Assembly (NCBI GenBank): GCA_964591795.1
Contig: CAZQEL010000004.1
Span: forward strand, 16,805-48,804
Direction of reading: 5' to 3'
DNA from: an uncultured archaeon
GTDB lineage: Archaea > Iainarchaeota > Iainarchaeia > Iainarchaeales > CSSED10-239
DNA length: 32,000 nucleotides
Part shown: positions 1 through 7,382 of the stretch, piece after piece
Position numbering within the stretch: the first letter of the stretch is position 1
How the letters are laid out: each line of letters begins with the position of its first letter
Made by a program: the position numbers and the translations under genes
Notes under the pieces: generated by a model
What the model was told of the DNA's origin: nothing
What the model saw: only the letters and a program-made list of their open reading frames with translations
The model's database searches: none

Positions 1-774
1 TAAAATTAAATAAATATTAGACGATAAATTTGACTTAAATCTAGATACAATTGTACTTGCTTGAGAAGATGAAAATGAAGGTACTAAAATAATAAAAAGG
101 GAAGATATAGAACCTATAAAAGACCACCAAAGAGATTTATTTAAAGGATAATTAAAATTGGCATTAATGACTTGTTTTGAAATTACTGGTTTTTCAAAAA
201 TGCTTTTTAATAATAAAGGCAATGAAAACAAACCAATAACACAAACAAACAAAGGCTCTTTTAATCCAAAATTATATTTTAAAGTAAATATACCTAAAGC
301 TCCAGAAGATAATAAAATAAAAAATACAATTAACCTATCAAACATGGTTTTTTCAAAATACAAAAAACTTAAAAAAACAAAAATAATTGCAAAAGAAACA
401 AAATAGTTAAACCCAATTAATGAAGAAAATAATAAATACAAAAAAGGAAGTAATAAAATTGCAAATATTGCTCCAAAAAAAGAACCTATAAAAGTTAATA
501 AAAGAGCATTAAATGCTTTTCCTTTTAAATATAATCTATGTAATGGAAATAAATGCATTATATTTTCAACATTAGGAACTGAAAAAAAAGTTTGAGGTAA
601 ATAACTAGTTATTAATTGAGAAATTGATATGGATAAAAAAAAATAAAACCTATCAGGAAAAATAGTAAACAAACCAAAATATAGAAACAAATAGGCTACA
701 AAATTAATGTGAAGCGCAGGAATTAATCCGAAAAGAACACCAGCACAAACACCTACAATTATATCAATTAGCAT
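1..774 (-). CDS. Polytopic membrane protein, TctA/DUF112-like permease (3' end runs off the window start)
   Basis: Absent from the ORF track because it has no stop in the window. Hand translation of the minus strand from ATG 774-772 stays open to position 1: MLIDIIVGVCAGVLFGLIPALHINFVAYLFLYFGLF...ILVPSFSSSQASTIVSRF. It has many hydrophobic segments. GLIPALHIN and PSFSSSQA resemble the duplicated PG(I/L)H and PGxSxxQA motifs of archaeal DUF112/TctA proteins. The start overlaps the upstream ORF (764..1141) by 11 nt. Confidence 0.5.
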   Translation of the reverse strand, partial: MLIDIIVGVCAGVLFGLIPALHINFVAYLFLYFGLFTIFPDRFYFFLSISISQLITSYLPQTFFSVPNVENIMHLFPLHRLYLKGKAFNALLLTFIGSFFGAIFAILLLPFLYLLFSSLIGFNYFVSFAIIFVFLSFLYFEKTMFDRLIVFFILLSSGALGIFTLKYNFGLKEPLFVCVIGLFSLPLLLKSIFEKPVISKQVINANFNYPLNKSLWWSFIGSISSLFIILVPSFSSSQASTIVSRFKSNLSSNIYLIL

Positions 775-1141
775 TCATTACCTCAAACTTATAAACAATT
801 AATTCAAGTTTAGTATCATATTCAGTTAATTTTCCTGTAAAAACTAAGAATGCGTTATTTTGATATAATGTATATAATTTGTTTTTATTAAATTCAGAAG
901 AATTAAAATATACTGCAGGCAGGCATTTAGATAAATCACATATTTTAAAAAATAAATTATTTTCAGAATCAGAAATAAACTTAATATTTCCAGATACCGA
1001 AACTACGTGCCCAATATATTCAAAATTATCTTGAGTTAAAAATATATTTGTAGGTTGATATGTAAAAGTATAAATACCCAAAACTAAAAATCCTACAACA
1101 ATTAACAACACACTACTTAATTTTAATTGTTTTACATCCAT
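764..1141 (-). CDS. Membrane-anchored OB-fold protein (tRNA_anti / ExoVII-large-like OB domain)
   Basis: ATG at 1141-1139. One N-terminal TM helix (LSSVLLIVVGFLVLGIYTF) is followed by a beta-rich domain (HVVSVSGNIKFISDSENNLFFKICD..LPAVYF..FLVFTGKLTEYDTKLELIVYKFEV) matching the classic nucleic-acid-binding OB-fold pattern. There is a 3-nt gap to the upstream gene. Confidence 0.6.
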   Translation of the reverse strand: MDVKQLKLSSVLLIVVGFLVLGIYTFTYQPTNIFLTQDNFEYIGHVVSVSGNIKFISDSENNLFFKICDLSKCLPAVYFNSSEFNKNKLYTLYQNNAFLVFTGKLTEYDTKLELIVYKFEVMNAN

Positions 1142-1144
1142 AAA

Positions 1145-1643
1145 CTATTTTTCAATAATGATTTGTTTTACACTAATTGGTTTTTTATCAACAAAACTTT
1201 TTGAAAGATTTAGTATGATAATTGAATTTAATTTTGGTTTTTTAAAACATTTTAATATATATTCTTTTTTTGTTTTGAAAAAAGGATCTGTTATTTTAAC
1301 TGTAATTGTTGTAGCTAAACTTTTAATAACTACTCCAAAAGTTGTGTTAAATAAAACCTTATACAAATAAAGGTATAATATCACAGCACACATAAAGAAC
1401 ACTAAAAAATATATATGTGTAATATATTGTGCTAAAATAAACAAAAATAAAATACTAGTAAATCCAATACCCACATACTTATATTTTGCACGATTGTAAG
1501 TAAAAGCATCTAGTTCTTTTATAAAAAATAAGAAAGTAAGTAATAAAAATAATATTTTTAAAGTTAGCATATCAGGGACAAATAAGTTTAAAATAACCGC
1601 TACTAAAAAAATTAATTCTAAGTAAATTAAATGTTTATTCATA
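1145..1643 (-). CDS. Integral membrane protein (about 4 TM) with a C-terminal soluble beta-rich domain, function unknown
   Basis: The ORF-track start at 1651 is TTG; the first ATG is at 1643 (MNKHLIYLE...). Hydrophobic helices cover the first ~100 aa, followed by VVIKSLATTITVKITDPFFKTKKEYILKCF... It is tightly packed between a minor pilin and the OB-fold gene. Confidence 0.55.
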
Positions 1644-1652
1644 ATTATCAAA

Positions 1653-2009
1653 TTAAATACATTTCAATAAAATAGACACATCTGTAAATTTAGTTTTATT
1701 TTCAAGTAAACTTTCAAGTCTACTATAATTATAATCTGTAGCTAACGGGCAAGTAGAATATGCAACTTTTTGGAAAGTAACAGTTACAATTAAGGTTGTT
1801 GCTGTAAGATTGTAAGTAATATTATTAATTGTAATTAAATCTTGATTTGTAGTAATAAAATTTAAAGACTGGTTTTTAGTTTCATAAATCGCATAATTTA
1901 CATCAAACGTAGCGGTTAAAAATAAAGTTACAGCTGCAGCAAGAAGTATTAAAACCATAACAATAGTTAAAAATTCTAAACTAGTTTGTCCATTATGGTC
2001 TTGAAACAT
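1653..2009 (-). CDS. Type IV pilin-like protein (class III signal peptide), minor pilin candidate
   Basis: The N-terminus MFQDHNG|QTSLEFLTIVMVLILLAAAV has the G|Q-x-S-x-E-F motif plus a hydrophobic helix. The mature part has five N-x-S/T sequons (NQS, NIT, NLT, NYS, NKT). Confidence 0.75.
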   Translation of the reverse strand: MFQDHNGQTSLEFLTIVMVLILLAAAVTLFLTATFDVNYAIYETKNQSLNFITTNQDLITINNITYNLTATTLIVTVTFQKVAYSTCPLATDYNYSRLESLLENKTKFTDVSILLKCI

Positions 2010-2469
2010 CTAAATCCCCTGTATTAGATTTTATGATTTGTAAATATCCATTAAATCCAGGTCCTATTGCTTCACAGGTTATATCTGCATCTGAAACAAA
2101 TAATGGTAAATTAAAAGTACATAAGTTAGTATTACGATCACACGCAGAAATATTTGGTTTAGGTTCTTGATTTGAAATTAAAATTGTATATTTTAATTTT
2201 TTAGTAATATTATCACACTCAACTATTTGTGCAGTATCTGGTAAATATAAGTAAATTGTTCTAGCTCCGTATCCAGGAGTACTTGCAAAGGTTGAAACAT
2301 CATTAACAAATTTATCCATACTTTGCTTTGTCTGAGTAATTCCATAAACATCTTTAAGCACATTTTCTGAAAAATTAATATTTGGATATACTATGGCTTG
2401 AAAAAATAATAATAATATAGCTAAAAATAAAATATATTCAATTGCAATTTGTCCTTTAATATTTATCAT
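1993..2469 (-). CDS. Type IV pilin-like protein (class III signal peptide), minor pilin candidate
   Basis: MINIKG|QIAIEYILFLAILLLFF has the KGQ cleavage motif, a Glu at +5 and a hydrophobic helix. GTGAT lies 3 nt upstream of the ATG. It overlaps the next pilin gene by 17 nt. Confidence 0.75.
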   Translation of the reverse strand: MINIKGQIAIEYILFLAILLLFFQAIVYPNINFSENVLKDVYGITQTKQSMDKFVNDVSTFASTPGYGARTIYLYLPDTAQIVECDNITKKLKYTILISNQEPKPNISACDRNTNLCTFNLPLFVSDADITCEAIGPGFNGYLQIIKSNTGDLDVSRP

Positions 2470-2485
2470 TTAATCACATCTTTAT

Positions 2486-3607
2486 TTAAAATAACAACCA
2501 TATAAAATCCCCTAAAATATTTAAAAGGATATATGCACACAAAACAGAAGGTGTAAATGGAATTGTCTTTTTTAAAATGATTTCTGTTTCTAAATTATGG
2601 TTGTAAGAACTCTTTAAAAAGGTTATGTCTTTTAAAGAAAGTCCTCCAATTTTCCTAGAATCCACTATGAGATTAGTGTGATAGGTATTATTTATTATCA
2701 TTTTTAGATAGGTTATAAAAGAAATTTTTTTAACAACTAATTTAGAATTAACTAAATAATAACAATTTACAGGAACATCTCCGTCTTTTAATTGAGCTAA
2801 TGTTTTGGTGGTAGCTAAAATTTTAGTAGATATAATTTGATACATAGTAATTGCTAAAAACAAAATAATAATTGTTAACAATATAGAAATAAAATCTTTT
2901 AAATAAAATATTTGAGCAGTAACAAAGAATGAAATTATTAATAAAAACACATAAAACAAACTTATTAAATAGTAATAATATCTCAAACTATATTTTTCAA
3001 CTTGTTTAAAAAATAATATAAATAAAATGGATAATATGAAATACAATACCAGTGGTACGTTTAAAGAAAAAATATTAAAGAAAGAACTTATTAAATATAA
3101 AACCAAAATAGAACTAATTAACGATAAAATAGTATTTTTGGTTTTTAATAAATTCCATAAAATAAGATAATGCTTTTTAAATATAAACAAATAAAAAGAA
3201 TTAATTAATAAAACTGGAGCAGTTGCTAAAACACTTACAAGGATTAATGTGATTCCAAATATTGGTGCCTTAATAGTTCCAAAAGTAAATATCCAGTTTA
3301 TAAAATTAATATTTACTGGATTTAACATAGATATTGCAGCAAATAATTTTAAGTCGCCACCAGCAAAAAAACCTACTTCCCAAAATATATAAGAAACTAC
3401 CAAAGTAATTACAAAACCTAACAAAGCATTTAAAAAAATACTACTCTGATGTAAGATGATTGCTTCTAAAACTTTAGTAATTAAACCAATTATAAATAAT
3501 AAAAGAACTAATTTATTTGGAATAATTCTTTTTTTAATATCAAAAAAACTAGCAAAAATTAAAAATAAGATTGTTATTAAAAATATAAAAAGAGTAAAAT
3601 TAAACAT
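2486..3607 (-). CDS. Prepilin/preflagellin peptidase, A24 (GxGD aspartyl protease) family, enlarged EppA-like form
   Basis: The first catalytic Asp context is FFDIKKRIIPNKL and the second Asp sits in FFAGGDLKLFAAI. A C-terminal IPFTPSV resembles the conserved PFGPF end of A24 peptidases. The protein is about 10 TM and 373 aa, and the gene is embedded among prepilin genes. Confidence 0.85.
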   Translation of the reverse strand: MFNFTLFIFLITILFLIFASFFDIKKRIIPNKLVLLLFIIGLITKVLEAIILHQSSIFLNALLGFVITLVVSYIFWEVGFFAGGDLKLFAAISMLNPVNINFINWIFTFGTIKAPIFGITLILVSVLATAPVLLINSFYLFIFKKHYLILWNLLKTKNTILSLISSILVLYLISSFFNIFSLNVPLVLYFILSILFILFFKQVEKYSLRYYYYLISLFYVFLLIISFFVTAQIFYLKDFISILLTIIILFLAITMYQIISTKILATTKTLAQLKDGDVPVNCYYLVNSKLVVKKISFITYLKMIINNTYHTNLIVDSRKIGGLSLKDITFLKSSYNHNLETEIILKKTIPFTPSVLCAYILLNILGDFIWLLF

Positions 3608-3632
3608 ATATTTTCCAGAAAAACTTATTTAA

Positions 3633-3824
3633 CTATAAAGAAGCCAAGATATTATCTCTATAGGTTAATATTTTAGATTTAGCAACTGTAATAAAACTAT
3701 TCAAATTTAAAATTACAATACCAGTTGTGATTACAAGAATCATACCAAAAACAATCATTACTAAATATTCAACAGACACTTGACCTTTTTGATCAACAAT
3801 AATTGATTGTATTTTAGATATCAT
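3633..3824 (-). CDS. Small class III signal peptide protein (mini-pilin, about 45 aa mature)
   Basis: MISKIQSIIVDQKG|QVSVEYLVMIVFGMILVITTG matches the short Class_IIIsignal/DUF361-type archaeal pilins. Confidence 0.7.
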   Translation of the reverse strand: MISKIQSIIVDQKGQVSVEYLVMIVFGMILVITTGIVILNLNSFITVAKSKILTYRDNILASL

Positions 3825-3848
3825 AAATAATCTTATATTTTAACAAAC

Positions 3849-4304
3849 TTATCTAGCAACACAAGAAGATGCTGGTTGAGATAATTTAGAATAATTACTA
3901 TTTTTTACAAAGGCAACTGAGACTGCGTATGTTTGCCCAACTGTAGTTACCCCTAATGCGGAAGCTGATTGAGTAATAATACCTCCAACTGCAGGTAATT
4001 CAGTAAGGTTTGGAGTTCCAGAATCAACAGCGATTCTATAATAAGCATTATGTTCAGATTCAATTAAATGAATAGTCACCAAATCATTTCCAACATCACA
4101 ATCAACTGAAACTACAATGGGTGGCACTAATGCATTATCTAATAAATTGGTTAAAGTTTTATCTTGATCAAGTGCAACTTTTCTATTTGAACTACCCATA
4201 CTAGTAATTAGTACAACTACAGAAATTGCAATTATAATTGCAGCTCCAATTAATAAAAGGTACTCCATAGCACCTTGCCCTTTAATCTTTTTTAAATTAA
4301 TCAT
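3849..4304 (-). CDS. Type IV pilin (class III signal peptide), structural pilin candidate
   Basis: The ORF-track start at 4313 is TTG; the ATG at 4304 gives MINLKKIKG|QGAMEYLLLIGAAIIIAISVVVLI. The mature domain is Ala/Val/Ser/Thr-rich, unlike cytoplasmic proteins in this window. Confidence 0.8.
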   Translation of the reverse strand: MINLKKIKGQGAMEYLLLIGAAIIIAISVVVLITSMGSSNRKVALDQDKTLTNLLDNALVPPIVVSVDCDVGNDLVTIHLIESEHNAYYRIAVDSGTPNLTELPAVGGIITQSASALGVTTVGQTYAVSVAFVKNSNYSKLSQPASSCVAR

Positions 4305-4356
4305 AAATATCAATTATAATTTTTTATAAATAAAAATAAAAATAAAAAAATATAAT

Positions 4357-4386
4357 TTAAAATATAGCCGTTAAGCTATATTTTAA
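4357..4386 (-). terminator. Stem-loop plus oligo-T tract downstream of the major pilin gene
   Basis: A perfect 12-bp inverted repeat, TTAAAATATAGC (4357-4368) and GCTATATTTTAA (4375-4386), has a 6-nt loop. It lies 12 nt after the pilin stop codon (4399-4401). On the transcribed strand, T-runs follow (complement of 4331-4350). Confidence 0.55.
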
Positions 4387-4398
4387 AATACATTAAAC

Positions 4399-4944
4399 TT
4401 ATTGTGCTGTCCAACCGTATCTATAACCTTGTGATCTTACAGTTTGGTTGTTCTTTGTTGTTTCAATGTAAAGGTAGTAAGAATCTCCACATTTATTTGT
4501 AGTAGTATTTTGAGCAATATCAGGAATACTAATTATAAGTCCAGTTACTTCGTTTGGATTTAAATCATCAGTAGGTATAGATGTTACACCATCTGCTGCA
4601 AATATAGTAACCCCTGTAAATTCTTTATTACTTGAATCGTAAACCTTTAATGCGTTACTTCCACCGTCACCAAGAGGTCTCCATGCTAATGTTAATTGAC
4701 CTACCATAGTACCTGCAAGTGCATCATCGTTACAATCAGAATATCTTGCAACAACAGAAACAATTTGTGCTGGTTGAGGAACATCTAATGCTTGTCCTGC
4801 TTTGTCAGCTTGTGCTGCAGCAGAATCTCTTGATTGTCCACCCATACCTACAAGTAATGCAATTACAATAACAGCAATTAATACAGCACCACCGATTAAA
4901 AGAAGATACTCAAGAGCACCTTGTCCTTTAAATTTTTTATTCAT
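4399..4944 (-). CDS. Type IV pilin, major pilin candidate
   Basis: MNKKFKG|QGALEYLLLIGGAVLIAVIVIALLVGMG. It is the only pilin gene with its own long AT-rich upstream region, a good SD (AAAGGTG 8 nt before the ATG) and a dedicated hairpin terminator. The mature domain is Ala/Gly/Val/Thr-rich. Confidence 0.8.
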   Translation of the reverse strand: MNKKFKGQGALEYLLLIGGAVLIAVIVIALLVGMGGQSRDSAAAQADKAGQALDVPQPAQIVSVVARYSDCNDDALAGTMVGQLTLAWRPLGDGGSNALKVYDSSNKEFTGVTIFAADGVTSIPTDDLNPNEVTGLIISIPDIAQNTTTNKCGDSYYLYIETTKNNQTVRSQGYRYGWTAQ

Positions 4945-5090
4945 TTTTTAAACACCTTTTATATTTTTTTAATACACTTTAAGTGTACAACTAATATTTT
5001 TTTAAAAAGTATTAGTCTTATAATAAATTTAATTAAATATAAGAACAATCTGTTTATATATCTATCTTTTCTATTTATCAAACCACACTA
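4945..5090 (-). promoter_or_regulatory. Promoter/leader region of the major pilin gene with two palindromes
   Basis: This 146-bp intergenic region contains TATA-like tracts. It has a perfect 15-bp palindrome TACACTTTAAGTGTA (4973-4987) and a near-perfect 25-bp palindrome CTAATATTTTTTTAAAAAGTATTAG (4991-5015). The AGGTG SD lies at about 4953-4957. Confidence 0.45.
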
Positions 5091-5270
5091 TTAACCTGAC
5101 TCAAAAGCTTTCTGATAATCATTGGCTTTTTGAACGTTTTTAGCAGAGGCTTGTTTTAGAAAAATACCTACCGTTAATGCAACTAAAATTACAACTCCTA
5201 AAATTATTATAAATTCTAAAGAAATTTGCCCTTTATTTTCAATTAATAATCTTTTTATTTTTGAGTTCAT
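5091..5270 (-). CDS. Small class III signal peptide protein (mini-pilin)
   Basis: The ORF-track start at 5288 is TTG inside the TadC-like gene. The ATG at 5270, 1 nt after that gene's stop, gives MNSKIKRLLIENKG|QISLEFIIILGVVILVALTVGIF. Confidence 0.7.
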   Translation of the reverse strand: MNSKIKRLLIENKGQISLEFIIILGVVILVALTVGIFLKQASAKNVQKANDYQKAFESG

Positions 5271-5271
5271 T

Positions 5272-6174
5272 TTAAACCATTCCTGCAAGCATTAAATTTA
5301 GTACAAATTGAGATATAAAGTAAACTATATAACCAATAGTTATTAAAACAGGGAAAAATAAAACAACGAAACTTAAGTCTCCTTCCCTCATAACACTAAT
5401 CATTGCAGATGCTGCAAATATTTCTAATACAATATAAATATCTAAAAGTAAGAATATTGTTCTTTGAGCTTTTAATGAAACTGCTAAAGATTCTGCAGCT
5501 GCAATACCCGAATTAATTGCAATATCTGTTAAAAAACCAGTTATTACTCTGGTCATTCCAAAAATAAAAGGAGCAACTATTGCTGATGCTGCAACAATAA
5601 AAATTGTTTGAAGCATAGTTTTTGTTAATCTTTCTTTTTTAACCCTAAATAATTGTTTAGTGTCATTTGCAATTTCATCTAAAACATCTGCTAACTGAGC
5701 ACCTGTTCTTATTGATTCTTGAATTAAAGTAATAGTTCTTCTTACAATTTTAGACTCTATTCTTAAAGAAAGATAACTTAGGGCTACATGCATAGTATCT
5801 CCCATTTCAAGTCTTCTTATTGCTTCGTTAATTTCAAATGATAGTGGTCCAAAATCAGCAGTTGACACTTCTCTCAGTGCAAATTCAAATGATGACCCTG
5901 CCTTCATTGTGTCTGCAATTAACTTTAATGAATCTGGCCAATATCTTTCTATATTTCTTATTTTTTTATAATAAATATACATAGGCATACCAAGACCTAA
6001 AACTAATGCATTTACGAAAAATAAAATACCGATTTTTAAATCTATAAACTGTCCTATAAAACCTAAGGCTAGACTCGCAAAAAATATTAATAATATCCAT
6101 GCTCTTGCAGGGATTTTAATTTTTAACGCAAGTAAAAAAACTTGGTATCTATCTAATCTGGTTGATTTCAACAT
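5272..6174 (-). CDS. Pilus platform membrane protein, T2SS-F domain (TadC/EpdK-like)
   Basis: It has a single T2SSF-type domain (WPDSLKLIADTMKAGSSFEFALREV...LIQESIRTGAQLADVLDEIANDT) flanked by TM helices. There is a 3-nt gap to the preceding TadB-like gene. Confidence 0.8.
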   Translation of the reverse strand: MLKSTRLDRYQVFLLALKIKIPARAWILLIFFASLALGFIGQFIDLKIGILFFVNALVLGLGMPMYIYYKKIRNIERYWPDSLKLIADTMKAGSSFEFALREVSTADFGPLSFEINEAIRRLEMGDTMHVALSYLSLRIESKIVRRTITLIQESIRTGAQLADVLDEIANDTKQLFRVKKERLTKTMLQTIFIVAASAIVAPFIFGMTRVITGFLTDIAINSGIAAAESLAVSLKAQRTIFLLLDIYIVLEIFAASAMISVMREGDLSFVVLFFPVLITIGYIVYFISQFVLNLMLAGMV

Positions 6175-6177
6175 AAA

Positions 6178-7323
6178 TCACATTTTTGGTTCTATCATTT
6201 TAATATAGTAAATTAAGAAAATAAATATTATTGGCAACGCAACTACAAAAATTATTGTTAAAGTTCCAGGAGTCATAACACCTGGAAGGAAAAGCGAACC
6301 GTCTTGTCCTAATGGAGCATTTGCAATTGCACCTAAAATGGCTGCAAAAACAGGCAAGACAATTGCCATGAAAATGAAAATAATTCCAAAAAAATTCATT
6401 TTTTCTCCGAAAGTTTTAGCTGATTCTAAAAGATCGAAAGCCACTGTATCTGCAACACCATTAATTGTATTAGCAAGATTACCACCTGTATTTAAAGTTC
6501 TAACAATGTGGAATAATGCAATATTATAATTTTTAGATTGACTTCTTAATGCAGCATGTCTTAAAGCTGTTTTAGTATCAGTTCCATTTTCAATTTCTAA
6601 AATAGTTCTATTCATTTCTTCTGATAATACACCATAATCGTTTGCAGCAACAGATTGTAATACTTTATAAAGTCCGATTCCTGCTTGTAATTCAGTTGCA
6701 ATATGTCTTAGTGCAAATGGAAGTTCAATGTCAATATACACTCCACGAGATTTTGACTTTTGCATAGGTGCCACATAGGAAAATAAAAGTAAAAATATTA
6801 AAAATAAAATTGGAAATATAAAAACTAAGGATACTGCCCAAACAGGGTTAACTGAAATAAATATAAATAATAGTAAGAAAGTTAAAAAAGCAGTTGCCAT
6901 TAATGAAAAAATAGTAGAAATTACTAAATGTTGAATTAATGATCGTTTATAATTTGCAGAAGTTAAATAAAATGAAATTTTTTTCCCAATTGGATTTTTT
7001 AAAATATACAAAACAACTTTATCAATAAGTCCTTTAAATGGTTTATAATATTTAGCAGCACTTTTTTCTAAAGTACCACCTACATTTGAAGTTAATTTAG
7101 TTTCAGGATCTACATCTAACTGAGATAAACGACCTTGAGAAATTACATCTCTAAGTTCTTTTAAGTGACCTTCAGCTAAAGATGAGGCATCAATATTTTC
7201 ACCTTTCTTTTTCATCTTTGTAATTATATTCTGAACAGCATCAAGATCTATATCTAACTCTTTATCTTTTGGTTTAGATTGTTCCAAATCTTTTTTTAAA
7301 AGACCTAACTTTTTTGAATCCAT
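6178..7323 (-). CDS. Pilus platform membrane protein, T2SS-F domain (TadB/EpdJ-like) with a charged N-terminal extension
   Basis: The T2SSF-type domain is LPFALRHIATELQAGIGLYKVLQSV...IVRTLNTGGNLANTINGVADTV, with TM helices on both sides. The first ~125 aa are soluble and charged. Confidence 0.8.
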   Translation of the reverse strand: MDSKKLGLLKKDLEQSKPKDKELDIDLDAVQNIITKMKKKGENIDASSLAEGHLKELRDVISQGRLSQLDVDPETKLTSNVGGTLEKSAAKYYKPFKGLIDKVVLYILKNPIGKKISFYLTSANYKRSLIQHLVISTIFSLMATAFLTFLLLFIFISVNPVWAVSLVFIFPILFLIFLLLFSYVAPMQKSKSRGVYIDIELPFALRHIATELQAGIGLYKVLQSVAANDYGVLSEEMNRTILEIENGTDTKTALRHAALRSQSKNYNIALFHIVRTLNTGGNLANTINGVADTVAFDLLESAKTFGEKMNFFGIIFIFMAIVLPVFAAILGAIANAPLGQDGSLFLPGVMTPGTLTIIFVVALPIIFIFLIYYIKMIEPKM

Positions 7324-7382
7324 ATTTAACTTTTATTTATTTATTTACTGTTATTATATGTGCCTAAAGTATATTTAAATAT

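Noticed and set aside
158-406. 82-aa plus-strand ORF from the ORF track
   Set aside because: It lies entirely antisense to the long, motif-bearing TctA/DUF112-like frame (1..774, minus strand). Its Lys/Asn-rich product is what antisense translation of AT-rich membrane genes typically gives.
1158-1370. 70-aa plus-strand ORF
   Set aside because: It is antisense within the 4-TM membrane protein gene of the co-directional pilus string and has no SD or promoter space.
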